This document shows positions 15,896 through 26,313 of a DNA stretch of 64,000 nucleotides, piece by piece (position 1 is the first letter of the stretch; every line of letters starts with the position of its first letter). The stretch lies in sequence record NC_048747.1. The stretch is one strand, 5' to 3'. Under the pieces are notes generated by a model. It had not been told where the DNA came from. It searched no databases and was given only the letters and a program-made list of their open reading frames with translations. The translations under genes were made by a program, and so were the position numbers.

Positions 15896-18451
15896 TTAAT
15901 TCGGGTAAGACAAATTAGAATCAATTACGCTGTCTGAGGTCTCTGGGTTGAGTTCCCCATCTTTGATGTTGAAGCTAATCTCTTTACCGTAGGGATCCAG
16001 CCATTTGAACCCAGGTGGGATAGAGTAAGGTCGACCTTTAATTACAACACGGTCACTGGTGTTAGCGTAAACATCATCACTATAAGCAACTCGACTTCCG
16101 GTCATACTCTTATTACCCAAACGATAAAACCCGTCCAACCCACCTAATACCGGCATGAAGATACCGTAGGTAGTTGGGAACGGGAAGTAGAACAACGTGA
16201 GTCCAACTTCGTTAGGTTCGGGGGCAAACGTTTCTTCTACGGTGATGGCTTCACCTATGTCCAGTCTAAGGATTAGTGTGCGGTCCATCACTGGATGTTT
16301 GATCGTCACCTTAGGTGTTTGACCGTCAGCTAGATAAACATAGAAGTCTCGCTTAAGGAAACGGCGCAGGTTGTCAGGTGCACCCACTACTGGACCTTCG
16401 CTTTGGTAGACGTTTTGGTAATCTCCCTTGCGAGTGACCTGGAATCGGTTTCCAGATTTAACCACTTCGTATTTAACTACTTCCACATTACCTTGTGAGT
16501 CACAACGCATTCCCAAACCTTGGAATAGTTCCCCGACAGGATAAACCATCACACAAGCGTAAGCGTCATAACTGTTCTCAATCAAATAAGTTTGGTGTTC
16601 TTCTTTGATCACAGCTAATGACTGATCGGTTAAGTGTACTGCTTTAGATAACATCCCCTTACCGACTACCCCTCGGATTTCTCCTTTACCTTGATGCAGG
16701 TTGTCAGTGGACCACACCATGCCAGTTAAGTTAACCTTACCATTATCAGTAATCGTGTTAACACACTCTTGGTTGAAGTCTTCTAGTTCCGAGATGAGTC
16801 GAGTGGACGTACTAGGAATCCAAGAAAGTCCACCAAACCCACCGTCATCCAAAATACCATCTTGGAATTCTTGTCGGTAGAAGTCCCATTCGCCATTGGC
16901 TTTGAATTGACCGTTAATCAACGTATGGTCGTTCTGAAGGAAGAATCGTCCTTGGTTGTTACCCAACATGGTCGGTGACATACCAAAGTGTAGCTTGAGA
17001 TTGGTGCTGACCGGGATAGAAGGTATCTCCTTGCAACGATCAAAGAGCTCTTTCAAACTACCTAGTTCATGCACGTGGTCTCGCACTAAGTACTTAAGGT
17101 TGTAGGTGTAAACCGAAGCATGACCCCCACGGCGACGCATAGCACCTGACCCATGGTAAGGATGGAAGGGATGGGTGTTGTCCAACTGAGGGGTCGCAGA
17201 ATCACTCCAGTCGAACGGAGTACGTAACCTAGTGATTGTTACTGACCCAGGAGTTCGAACGTTAGCCGTCCAACCAAAGAACGCGGTGTGTTTATTCCCA
17301 TCAGCATCCGTTAAGTTAGCACTCAAGAAAATAAACAGTTCACGATTATGTTCGATCCATTCAAACCCACCATGAACTTCGAAGTCATGATTGAAAACAA
17401 TCCCAGTCTTACCAGTTAGTGTCGTCCAGTCTACATCAATCAAGGTATCGGTGGCTTGCTGACCTTCAAACGTGTACTGGAATACTAACGGGTCACTAAT
17501 GACCTTACTACCCCAGCCAAAGAATGGGTCTCCATTGATCCCGTTGTGGAAATCAAAGGTGGCTTTCTCACAGTGGATAAGTCCAAAGCGAATACCGTCA
17601 GCATTAGCTGAGATGGTTCCCCCAAAATGGTTGTCGATGTTGTCTGTGTCTAACCAAGTGACGTGATTAGCCGTAAGTTGATCATTGGATTGATCGTAAC
17701 CGGTTGGTGCGTAGAGGGCATCGTAGGCGAAACCGCTCGTACCCAGGAAAGTCAGTGGGTGGGAAGCACGACGTTCTCGTAAAGCAATTGCATTCCAACC
17801 TAAGACGTCACCCGTCCCGGATCCGTATCGAACACCCACTTGACGTAACCCGTGGATTTGCTTAGCACCAGGAGTTTCATCGACAACCATCGCTGTAGAC
17901 TTACCGCGGATAGGGAAACCTACGTAAGCATGTCCATCTAAGTGATGGATTGAACCACCGCGCTCCCATTGTTGTGTCCCGCCGCTTTCTCCGGTATCTC
18001 GGACCCAACCGTTTAACTCCGGAGCTAGATCAACCATACAGTAATGCGTGCGACCAATACTCATGAGCTCTGGTTCAGGGTTATGGATAACTTGGTGCAA
18101 CGCATCATTCAAAGCACTAGGGGTGATGTATTCGTCGTATACACCACCTTCTAAGATGTGTTGAGCATGTGTTAAGGTGAAATCCCCAACCATGTTCAAC
18201 CCTAGCGTCTTTAAGTTTTCACCGTGCTGAGGACCTTCTTTAGCCATGTGCTCGGTCAACTTAAGGTTAAGTGACTCGTAGTTAGCATTGAGGGTATCTG
18301 TTATCACTCCACCTAACTGACTGGTTTGTCGTTCGGTTTCGTTGAGTTGTTCACCACGAGCAAAAGCGATGCGATGCAGTTGTGCATAAACATCACCAAC
18401 TTTGGTCGTGTACTGTGGTCTTCCAGGAATACCACCACTTATTACTTTCAT
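15896..18451 (-). CDS. Tail fibre/baseplate-associated structural protein
   Basis: 851 aa; carries the HMAKEGPQHG..LGLNMVGDF..YITP motif shared with neighbours; beta-rich. Confidence 0.6.
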   Translation of the reverse strand: MKVISGGIPGRPQYTTKVGDVYAQLHRIAFARGEQLNETERQTSQLGGVITDTLNANYESLNLKLTEHMAKEGPQHGENLKTLGLNMVGDFTLTHAQHILEGGVYDEYITPSALNDALHQVIHNPEPELMSIGRTHYCMVDLAPELNGWVRDTGESGGTQQWERGGSIHHLDGHAYVGFPIRGKSTAMVVDETPGAKQIHGLRQVGVRYGSGTGDVLGWNAIALRERRASHPLTFLGTSGFAYDALYAPTGYDQSNDQLTANHVTWLDTDNIDNHFGGTISANADGIRFGLIHCEKATFDFHNGINGDPFFGWGSKVISDPLVFQYTFEGQQATDTLIDVDWTTLTGKTGIVFNHDFEVHGGFEWIEHNRELFIFLSANLTDADGNKHTAFFGWTANVRTPGSVTITRLRTPFDWSDSATPQLDNTHPFHPYHGSGAMRRRGGHASVYTYNLKYLVRDHVHELGSLKELFDRCKEIPSIPVSTNLKLHFGMSPTMLGNNQGRFFLQNDHTLINGQFKANGEWDFYRQEFQDGILDDGGFGGLSWIPSTSTRLISELEDFNQECVNTITDNGKVNLTGMVWSTDNLHQGKGEIRGVVGKGMLSKAVHLTDQSLAVIKEEHQTYLIENSYDAYACVMVYPVGELFQGLGMRCDSQGNVEVVKYEVVKSGNRFQVTRKGDYQNVYQSEGPVVGAPDNLRRFLKRDFYVYLADGQTPKVTIKHPVMDRTLILRLDIGEAITVEETFAPEPNEVGLTLFYFPFPTTYGIFMPVLGGLDGFYRLGNKSMTGSRVAYSDDVYANTSDRVVIKGRPYSIPPGFKWLDPYGKEISFNIKDGELNPETSDSVIDSNLSYPN

Positions 18452-18452
18452 G

Positions 18453-20669
18453 TTAAACCTCGGTGAGTTTGTTAACCTTTACTATGCCTGAGGAGTCGAT
18501 GTCTACCATAGCGATATCGAAAACGTCTCTGAACGGCTGACCGTTAGCATCAGCTGTTAAACGTAGTCCGCTCGGAGTGGAGTAAACCCCTACCGTAATA
18601 GTCCCTTCAAAACCCGGTGAAACTCTAGGGTTGGTGCGGACGTCGATCATACCCTTCTTAAGGGTCATCGGTTGACCACGGTAGACGATAGGACAATCAT
18701 TAGGAACAACCAACATCCAGTTAAAACTATCCGGTTGCGGATCAACGATCAAACCCACGTTAAGTTCTTTAGACTCCATCCCTAAGTTCAAACGGGACTC
18801 GATAGGGGTACGATAGAACTCAATCAAGTTATCTAAGGTCACTTTACCCACGGTGTACTTAGACCCACCAAAGTAGTTAAAGATATCACCTTTATGACCG
18901 ATGGCTAAAGTAGGGTAACGCGTACCTCCTCTGGTTAACTTAATTAGTGATTCCCCAAAAGTTACACTTCCGGACAGGTTATCCACTGGTCGACTGTTTG
19001 ACCCAGAAGACAGACGAGTGAACTCACGCTTAAAGTGATCGAACTCCCAAGCCATTTCAATCGGATATTGATTGCCGTCTAAGGTTGCTGTGGTAAAAAG
19101 TTTAATCATCACTTTATTCCCACCATTGACGTCAACATCTGAAACGAGGGAAATCCCGTAACCACTTAAATCAAACACTTTGATTGGGTCGGTGAACGTA
19201 TGATGAAAACGGTCGTACGTTCCAGCTATTGTTCCTTCTACCATATCCACCATAGATAGGGAATTGGAGTCTTGTACCTTAGTTCCAGTTATCGTCTCGT
19301 AGTCAAACGTAAAGTAAGTCGGTGACAATATCGGGTAAGGACCAATGCCGTGTGCAACGTTAAACATACGGAACTCAAAGGTGTAAGGTCGGTTTGGGTT
19401 CGCAGTGTTGTGGTGTGCGACCATCAAACCTTTAGGGGTAGGGATAAACCAAGAACGTTCTTCCCAACCTGAACCTAGTTGAGCTTCTAAGTCCTCAAAA
19501 TCTAATTGACAATAATCAGAAGAATTTGGGTCTAAGAAATCGTTAGGTTTGGGGTAGTAACGACCTAGGTGAGTGGTGGATTGTTTTAAGACCACGCCTT
19601 GTCCGGCGGTTCTTAATACCACATCGAATTTAGGTACGTCGTTCATCAGCGTGTTAAACTTACCAGTTAAAGTAAGTTCACCACCTTTACCGTATAACGA
19701 AGTACTCACCTGACCAGTCGCATCACCCACATAGAAGTTAAGTCCACCATCACGGTCACGAGTTACCGAAGCCTTGGTCATTTGATCGATCTGGAACGTT
19801 CTTCCCGGTGCCAAGGTACTCAACCCACCCAGTTCATGGAATGCACTCACTTTGAGTTCACCAGAACGAACCATGTTGGGGGACAAACGTTGTTGGTAGT
19901 TGACCGCATGCGCTAAACCTTTAGGTGTAGTAAAACGGTTAGGTTTGTTACCACGGTGGTCTTCTGACAAACTCGCTAACGGCAAGTTAGGTATGTGTTC
20001 TAACTCGAAGTGTTCTCGCTTCAACTTATGCGGGTTGTTGTAGTCTTGGTCGTGAGCTTTTAATCGAGCACGGTAATCACGGTGTTCTTTGCTGAACAAC
20101 CCTTCCACTTTGTTGATCATCACCATAACACGGTCGTAATGTGAACGCTTGGTTTCCATTACGTAGTTTAAGTGTTGAGTGGCAAAGCGGGTGAATTGAT
20201 CCCAGTTAGCAACTTCTGTTTCAATATCGTGCCAATGTTGGTAGGCAGGGAGCGTTGGTGGTTTTCCTAAGACTTGAGTATCCCAATCAACCCAGTAATC
20301 ACTGTTGATCAAATCGTTCACCATCTTCGAGATCAATGAACGTGGGAACCCAGTATTACCCACACTACGATATTTAATGCGGTAAGACTTTTTGTAGTTT
20401 AACGTTGTGTCCAGGATTCGGAAGAAGTGGTAAACCGGACGACCGGTCTTTTTAACTAACTCCGAGTTCATGGACTCTAGGGTGTAATGCTTGTTACGCT
20501 TTAGCAACATCCCGTCGCCATCAAATAACTCAAAGTCATCGATAAAGAAAGGACTGTAATCAGGACGATACCAGTCTCTTGACAAAATAGTTACAGGCTG
20601 TGTCTCTTCCAAATAGTTGGACTCTAACTCAGCACGTAAATCTAAAGGCAGAACCTTAACAATTTCCAT
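18453..20669 (-). CDS. Tail fibre/baseplate-associated structural protein
   Basis: 738 aa; PFF, VDWDTQVLGKP and NPH..L..IPN motifs paralogous to the adjacent genes. Confidence 0.65.
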   Translation of the reverse strand: MEIVKVLPLDLRAELESNYLEETQPVTILSRDWYRPDYSPFFIDDFELFDGDGMLLKRNKHYTLESMNSELVKKTGRPVYHFFRILDTTLNYKKSYRIKYRSVGNTGFPRSLISKMVNDLINSDYWVDWDTQVLGKPPTLPAYQHWHDIETEVANWDQFTRFATQHLNYVMETKRSHYDRVMVMINKVEGLFSKEHRDYRARLKAHDQDYNNPHKLKREHFELEHIPNLPLASLSEDHRGNKPNRFTTPKGLAHAVNYQQRLSPNMVRSGELKVSAFHELGGLSTLAPGRTFQIDQMTKASVTRDRDGGLNFYVGDATGQVSTSLYGKGGELTLTGKFNTLMNDVPKFDVVLRTAGQGVVLKQSTTHLGRYYPKPNDFLDPNSSDYCQLDFEDLEAQLGSGWEERSWFIPTPKGLMVAHHNTANPNRPYTFEFRMFNVAHGIGPYPILSPTYFTFDYETITGTKVQDSNSLSMVDMVEGTIAGTYDRFHHTFTDPIKVFDLSGYGISLVSDVDVNGGNKVMIKLFTTATLDGNQYPIEMAWEFDHFKREFTRLSSGSNSRPVDNLSGSVTFGESLIKLTRGGTRYPTLAIGHKGDIFNYFGGSKYTVGKVTLDNLIEFYRTPIESRLNLGMESKELNVGLIVDPQPDSFNWMLVVPNDCPIVYRGQPMTLKKGMIDVRTNPRVSPGFEGTITVGVYSTPSGLRLTADANGQPFRDVFDIAMVDIDSSGIVKVNKLTEV

Positions 20670-20689
20670 AAGTCCTCGTTATGAAAGTA

Positions 20690-20709
20690 AAGGGAGGTTA
20701 ACCTCCCTT
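20690..20709. repeat. Perfect 20-bp palindrome between tail genes
   Basis: AAGGGAGGTTAACCTCCCTT. Confidence 0.7.
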
Positions 20710-20713
20710 AAGT

Positions 20714-23700
20714 TTAATTTAATTTCACACCGGCATCCGTGACATCGATAAACCAACCGTCATCCAGGGCGTGGTGCGAGTCCACTTCAAAGCAAGGTCC
20801 GGTCAACCCATTAATGAGATTTAGCATATAACTTGCAGTATCCCCAGGAGAAATCAAATGCTTGGTATTGTAAGCTGTGGCATCGAGTCGGTGAAGGACG
20901 TTCCCTTCCAAGACCAATAGTGGGACCGGGAAGTAAACTTGGTGTTCATTCTCAGGTACCATATTGAACATACCCACAGGACCATCGTAATTAGGAACGT
21001 AGGAAGGTCGAGCTTGATAACCTGAGTTTAATTGCTCACCTGCGTTAACTAACCCACCAAACTTAGTTTGTTCACTAAGACTGGTGCGTACCCAACCTAG
21101 GTCAGGAGAAAGTCCAATGCAGCCTTCAAAGCGGGTTTCATCAAATAACACGATAGAGTCGTCGGATTGATTGAAGTTTAAAACTGTAGGGAACGTTTGA
21201 CTGTAAGAGTCATTACCGTAGCGGTTATTAGGACACAACAAAATAGTCGTGCGTCCAGAATCGCTGATCAACACGTTAATAACATTCGTGTCTAAGGTAG
21301 GTTCTGGGATGTCCACTTTGGTAAGGTTCAAGTGCTTAGGTACACTGTGTGTTACCACACGCCCGCCACTTACTGTTGCCTTATCTGTCGCAGTTAAACG
21401 AGTAGTAGGAACCCGTGAACTCATCCCATCTATTCTCGTTAGCACGGAAGAGTTTAAACGGAATACTTGAACTTTGGTCTTCAGTTCACCCGCTTCTACG
21501 TAAGTATTGTAGAGTATGTCAGGAAGTCCATAGCGTCCACCTAAGACTAAAGTCCAATGTCCGTCTAGATTAACATTCATCGCAGTTAAGAACTCGTCTG
21601 TGACCTCTACGTAACTCAATGGGTTGAAACTACCTCCACCAAAACCAACTCGGTTAGGAATGAGTCTTGAAGGCGAATCTGAACCACCTACGGACCACAC
21701 GAACTCACTTTCTTGTTCTTCCACATCTAAGGAAGTACCGATCCAGTGATCAGGTGTTAGGTGGTGAACGAAATCGATGTTATCCAGCGGAAGACTAGTA
21801 TGGACGTCAGTGTTACCTATTCGGACCTTATTCACCCCACCGTACAAGTTCTTATAAAAGAAACCCATGCCATGCACGGAGTGAATACCTTTGACCAATC
21901 CATAGCGGTTACGTTCGTTAGATTCCGCCCAAACCCCCATGTAAGGATTCATTGGACTAACGTGACCTACATCCACTCGACTGTAGACTTTAGGGATGCA
22001 ACCACCAGCACGAGTTACTGACCATTCATCGGTGTCCGCCAAATGCCAAAGGCGTCCGCGTTCATTTAAGGTGTAATCACCAGGAGTGAGACGAACCACG
22101 AACATTTCACCTTGCCCACCTGCTTTAAACCCAAACCCGAAGAAACCTTCTTGGGACATAGAGACCAAAGAAGCACGACGACTGGTCAACTCGAATGGGA
22201 AAGGAACCGCTACTTGCTCAAAGTAGTTGTTTGCTTCCGGGTTAGCTGAGAACAAACGTTCCGTAACAATGTAAGGTCTTGCGCGAGTATCAGTCCATGT
22301 CAATGACACGGTCTTGTTAGCGTGGTTCATCGTAGCTTCAGCCATATGAGAATGAACGTAACTCCGTTCTTCTCCTTTATAACTGAATGTTTCTGGGAGT
22401 AAGAACTCAAAATAGAGCTTGCCTTTAAAGACCGTAGGGAGTACTAAGATCTGACAGTCACGTTCAACCAAGTCCACGGGATCAGAGAACACCAAATCAC
22501 CGTTCGAGTACTTACCTGCACTAAAGCCACGGTGGAACATAATGACTCGACCTTTCTCATTATAAGCGGTGTTGTCATTGATGGTGTTATAACTAAATGT
22601 GTATTCAGTCACTGACTCAGCAGTACCTGCGGCTTTATCGTACTTAATCGTTTTCCAGATCACCGTTGGTTTGGATGCGTGACCGATGGTTCGAATCAGA
22701 TGCACTGCACTATCGGTGTGGATCAAACGGTACTCGCGGTAGTTAGCCAAGACATCCGACATATCCCCAGAGATCGTTAAACGTTGACTAGGGAGTTGGT
22801 TATATTCGGTAAGTTCCGCGTTATCGATCACTAAGTACCAACGGTCCTTATAAAAGACTCTGGCTTCCGAGTTACCACCCGCTATCATGATGTCATAATC
22901 AGTGGGTTGTTGGTCACAATACCAAATATTTGATTCTGGATTACGGGACTGCCCAACTGGGTTAGGGTTGGTAAAGCTTAACACTTTATTTCCCTTGACG
23001 CCCGATACGGTAATTTCTCCTCGACCCACCCCGCTACGATCAACATAAGCATTGACGAGTAAATCTTTGATACCTACGGTAAGTTCAGTTACGGGTGAGA
23101 TCTTGGCGTTATCGATTACACTTGCTGTTTTGTACCCATCTTCGTTCAAAAAGATGTTAGGAATGTAACCGTCGTGGTCAGGACCTTGCTGAGCAATATG
23201 GTTAGTGGCTTGAGCACTTACCGTACGAAGACGTTCACTTAAACCTAAGTAAGCTTCTTCATTAGTTGCCGTCTGGACTTCATCGATTTGATCTAGTCCG
23301 GGAATGTCCCTAGAACGCGTGCCATGAGGATCTTGGTCATGATTGATGTGATTATCAGTGTAACGGTCTAAAAGCAGTCTGAACGGCTCTACGTAGGTTT
23401 TAAGGTTATTAAGTTGTCCTAGGAACCATTCACGATAAGGGATTAGAGCTTGGTCACCGAATAAAGTTTCGTAACGGTCTTCGTAGACTTCGATTAAGCG
23501 CTGGAAGTTAAAGAAACCTTGAGCCAAATCATGACCGTGTAGCATTGGGATAAAGTGCTTCGGTTTGTTCAGCAATTGGTCAAACCAAACTGGACGTTGG
23601 TCTAGAGCTGCGGCTTCATACCAGTATTTTGTGGTTTCTGTTAGGGCCGGGATAGTACCTAAAGTTTGGTAAGTGACCTCTAGATCAGGTAAGTCATTCT

Positions 23701-23974
23701 TTAACTTACGGATGACCCAGGATACACGATTACCACAGTACTCTGATAAGTCGTGGTCGATACTTACGAAATCGTAGTGTTCACCTAACGTTAGTGGGAT
23801 GGTGTGTCCTGCACGATAGACGTGGACCGACTCAATAAAGAAAGGTGCGTGTCTAGGGACCACGATCTTTGCATTACGTTCGTCGCTTGCAGGAATCAGT
23901 TCACGAGGTATTAGGTTTTCTTTTACTGTACCTGATACATCGAACCGATATTGTTTAATCTCGGGGAGGTTCAT
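20714..23974 (-). CDS. Large tail fibre/baseplate-associated structural protein
   Basis: 1086 aa; N-terminal VPRHAPFF, VWFDQLLNKP, HGHD and DPHG module as in paralogs. Confidence 0.65.
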   Translation of the reverse strand: MNLPEIKQYRFDVSGTVKENLIPRELIPASDERNAKIVVPRHAPFFIESVHVYRAGHTIPLTLGEHYDFVSIDHDLSEYCGNRVSWVIRKLKNDLPDLEVTYQTLGTIPALTETTKYWYEAAALDQRPVWFDQLLNKPKHFIPMLHGHDLAQGFFNFQRLIEVYEDRYETLFGDQALIPYREWFLGQLNNLKTYVEPFRLLLDRYTDNHINHDQDPHGTRSRDIPGLDQIDEVQTATNEEAYLGLSERLRTVSAQATNHIAQQGPDHDGYIPNIFLNEDGYKTASVIDNAKISPVTELTVGIKDLLVNAYVDRSGVGRGEITVSGVKGNKVLSFTNPNPVGQSRNPESNIWYCDQQPTDYDIMIAGGNSEARVFYKDRWYLVIDNAELTEYNQLPSQRLTISGDMSDVLANYREYRLIHTDSAVHLIRTIGHASKPTVIWKTIKYDKAAGTAESVTEYTFSYNTINDNTAYNEKGRVIMFHRGFSAGKYSNGDLVFSDPVDLVERDCQILVLPTVFKGKLYFEFLLPETFSYKGEERSYVHSHMAEATMNHANKTVSLTWTDTRARPYIVTERLFSANPEANNYFEQVAVPFPFELTSRRASLVSMSQEGFFGFGFKAGGQGEMFVVRLTPGDYTLNERGRLWHLADTDEWSVTRAGGCIPKVYSRVDVGHVSPMNPYMGVWAESNERNRYGLVKGIHSVHGMGFFYKNLYGGVNKVRIGNTDVHTSLPLDNIDFVHHLTPDHWIGTSLDVEEQESEFVWSVGGSDSPSRLIPNRVGFGGGSFNPLSYVEVTDEFLTAMNVNLDGHWTLVLGGRYGLPDILYNTYVEAGELKTKVQVFRLNSSVLTRIDGMSSRVPTTRLTATDKATVSGGRVVTHSVPKHLNLTKVDIPEPTLDTNVINVLISDSGRTTILLCPNNRYGNDSYSQTFPTVLNFNQSDDSIVLFDETRFEGCIGLSPDLGWVRTSLSEQTKFGGLVNAGEQLNSGYQARPSYVPNYDGPVGMFNMVPENEHQVYFPVPLLVLEGNVLHRLDATAYNTKHLISPGDTASYMLNLINGLTGPCFEVDSHHALDDGWFIDVTDAGVKLN

Positions 23975-24020
23975 AATCCGTCCTTTAATAAGTTCCGGGC
24001 ATTCACCCTAGAAGTTAATG

Positions 24021-24030
24021 AATCATAAAA
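24021..24030 (-). promoter_or_regulatory. Putative late promoter (TATG core)
   Basis: Minus strand TTTTATGATT, identical 10-mer at 62572-62581, both upstream of structural genes. Confidence 0.4.
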
Positions 24031-24045
24031 TTCTTCACACAGTAA

Positions 24046-24081
24046 TATAATCCAGGAGCCCGTTAGGACCCCTGGATTATA
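24046..24081. terminator. Intergenic hairpin
   Basis: TATAATCCAGG/CCTGGATTATA 11-bp stem. Confidence 0.55.
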
Positions 24082-24093
24082 GTTAAGGAAGTG

Positions 24094-26235
24094 TTATTTC
24101 CATTCGTACAGTTCGTAGTTACTGATCTTACCGGATGAGATATACGCACCTGAGCCATAGAACTTGATCCAGATTTGATGTCCTTTGTTCCAGTATTGTT
24201 TCAGAACCACTTCATAGTCAACACCCCACCAACAGGCGTTAGCGTTACTAGAGGTAATGTTACCTAAGGTTTCTGGGATGACACGGAAACGACCTTTGTC
24301 GAAACGACGACCATCTTCATAAGGAAGACGTAGACCGGTATCGACCTCACCAGTATAAACACGGTAACCGTTACGCAAGTTGAAACTAACCGAAGCGTCT
24401 TTTACTTTAACCCAACGTTTGTTTTCAACTCGGCTTAGTCCCACATCTGACGCTGTCAAAGTAATGTTTGAGCTTAACGCTTTACCATTGACCGTGCGTG
24501 ATGTTGGAACACGCTTGTTTAGGTTGTCCGTCACGGCTTTCTGAGACATCACGTAAAGCGAGTTGTTACCGGTACCTTGAGAAATGTAAGATTTGTCAAA
24601 CTTACCGTTCAATCGAGTATCGGTCTCCGATTTAGTATAAGCACCAACGTTAGCCGCAGACAAACTGATGTTAGAGCTTAGTGGTTTACCGTTAATGGTT
24701 CTGGACGTGGGAACCTTGGCATTTAACTGGTCAGTCACCGCTTTCTGGGTCATGACGTAAGTTGTGCTACCGCCTGTACTACCGGTTAGTCGACCTTTGT
24801 CGAACTTTTCGTCTAGACGAGTGTTAACTTCAGACTTGGTGTAAGCACCCACATCCCCTGCACTTAAAGAAATGTTAGAGCTTAGCGGTTTGCCGTTAAC
24901 AGTACGACCGTTAGGTACACGACCATTAACCAAATCATTGACTTGGGTCTTAGTGTACGCACCAACGTCTCCAGGAGATAAATTAACATCCGAACTTAAC
25001 GGTTTCCCATTCACCTTACGAGTATTAGGAACTTTGGCGTTAAGAGCGTCTGTAGTCGCTTTCTGAGACATAACCGCCGACGTGTTAGAACCCGCACTCT
25101 GAGAGACCGCTGACTTATCGAACTTCTTAGCAAGCAAGTTATCAGTTTCTGTTCGAGAGTACGAGTCGTTATCGTTAACGTCAATGATGATGTCTTTGTC
25201 TAACGGCATGCCGTTAATGGTACGAGTTTGAGGCACCAATAAGTTTAAGGCATCGGTGATTGCTTTTTGTGACATCAAGGCTTTAAGACCTTGACCTACC
25301 GTTTGCTCAATAGTTGCCGTTGCCGCATCACCTAGTCCCAGGTTATTACGAGCATTACGACGCGCTATTTTACCTCGCCCGTCGATTTCAGCCAGGTCGC
25401 TGTCTTTTGATGTGAAGAGTTTTAAAGCTTCTCGCAAAGTAAGCGGTTGATCTAGCTCATCGTCAGAACCAGGAGCAGTTGGTTCGTCATCAGGGTAAAT
25501 CCCTAATTCCTTTAAGATAACTTCAGTTAACTTACGACCTTTGGCTAAGGTCAAGTAAAGTTGGTCCGAGTTACCCTGAAGGTCAGCTTCCGTTGCTACA
25601 CCAAAGTCTTCTACGTTGCCGAGATTAAAATCTTCCGCGGTAGCATTAGGGTGAGCAAGCTTGAATGCTTGGGTGACGTGCTCCGCTAATTGAGAAGCAA
25701 CGGTCGGGTTGTTGAACTCCGTGCGTTGACCTTGGTCTATCGCTTTCATCACTTCGATGAATTTGTGATAGTTGTAAGTCAAGTCCGGTTCATGTTCATG
25801 GGGGTCCGCAGGGAAACCCTCCATAGGTAGGTTAACTACCTGACTCCAATCCGCAATACGTTCGGAGTGGATAATCGTAGAACAAAGACGAATAAAGTCT
25901 TGGTCGTTCTGAGTGAACGGTTCACCGATCGTTTTGTATTGCTCTAATACCAGCTGGCGGTTGCGACCACTCTCTAATAGAGTGATGCCACCGTAAATCG
26001 TACGACTGTAGTACTTAATGAATTCATCGAATGGGTAACTGAAAACGAAATCTCGACCCGGCTTTAGTTCGACACCCGTTTGCGCATCTTTGAGAATTAA
26101 ATCCTTCTCAAAGAACGGGCCGTAACGAGGGACTAATAGACTCCGCTCCTCACCTAACGCACTGATCGATTCGTTATATACCACACTCTTTTCGTTGTCC
26201 CCAAAGGGGTTCCAAGGGTGGATAATGTAACTCAT
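24094..26235 (-). CDS. Tail fibre protein with internal repeats
   Basis: Likely start MSYIIHPW at 26235 (track start 26310 overlaps the divergent gene); paralogous N-terminal module; VP..RT.NGKPLSS repeats typical of fibre shafts. Confidence 0.75.
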   Translation of the reverse strand: MSYIIHPWNPFGDNEKSVVYNESISALGEERSLLVPRYGPFFEKDLILKDAQTGVELKPGRDFVFSYPFDEFIKYYSRTIYGGITLLESGRNRQLVLEQYKTIGEPFTQNDQDFIRLCSTIIHSERIADWSQVVNLPMEGFPADPHEHEPDLTYNYHKFIEVMKAIDQGQRTEFNNPTVASQLAEHVTQAFKLAHPNATAEDFNLGNVEDFGVATEADLQGNSDQLYLTLAKGRKLTEVILKELGIYPDDEPTAPGSDDELDQPLTLREALKLFTSKDSDLAEIDGRGKIARRNARNNLGLGDAATATIEQTVGQGLKALMSQKAITDALNLLVPQTRTINGMPLDKDIIIDVNDNDSYSRTETDNLLAKKFDKSAVSQSAGSNTSAVMSQKATTDALNAKVPNTRKVNGKPLSSDVNLSPGDVGAYTKTQVNDLVNGRVPNGRTVNGKPLSSNISLSAGDVGAYTKSEVNTRLDEKFDKGRLTGSTGGSTTYVMTQKAVTDQLNAKVPTSRTINGKPLSSNISLSAANVGAYTKSETDTRLNGKFDKSYISQGTGNNSLYVMSQKAVTDNLNKRVPTSRTVNGKALSSNITLTASDVGLSRVENKRWVKVKDASVSFNLRNGYRVYTGEVDTGLRLPYEDGRRFDKGRFRVIPETLGNITSSNANACWWGVDYEVVLKQYWNKGHQIWIKFYGSGAYISSGKISNYELYEWK
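24435..25320 (-). repeat. Intragenic protein repeats: 4x (VMSQKAVTD) and 5x (VP..RT.NGKPLSS)
   Basis: Order A-B, A-B-B, A-B, A-B; ATGTTAGAGCTTAG is an exact nucleotide repeat in two B units. Confidence 0.8.
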
Positions 26236-26313
26236 AACAAAGGGCCTTATGTTAGTGTCAAATCGTACAAGTATCGTAACGATTCTATAGAATTCACCAA
26301 GGAGATTCACATA

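Noticed and set aside
24042-24049. TATATTAC early-promoter core upstream of a tail gene
   Set aside because: It overlaps a terminator stem, lacks the AAATC extension and precedes a structural gene that has a TATG late candidate
24094-25320. Diversity-generating retroelement or invertible tail-fibre cassette
   Set aside because: No reverse transcriptase, TR/VR pair, invertase or flanking inverted recombination sites
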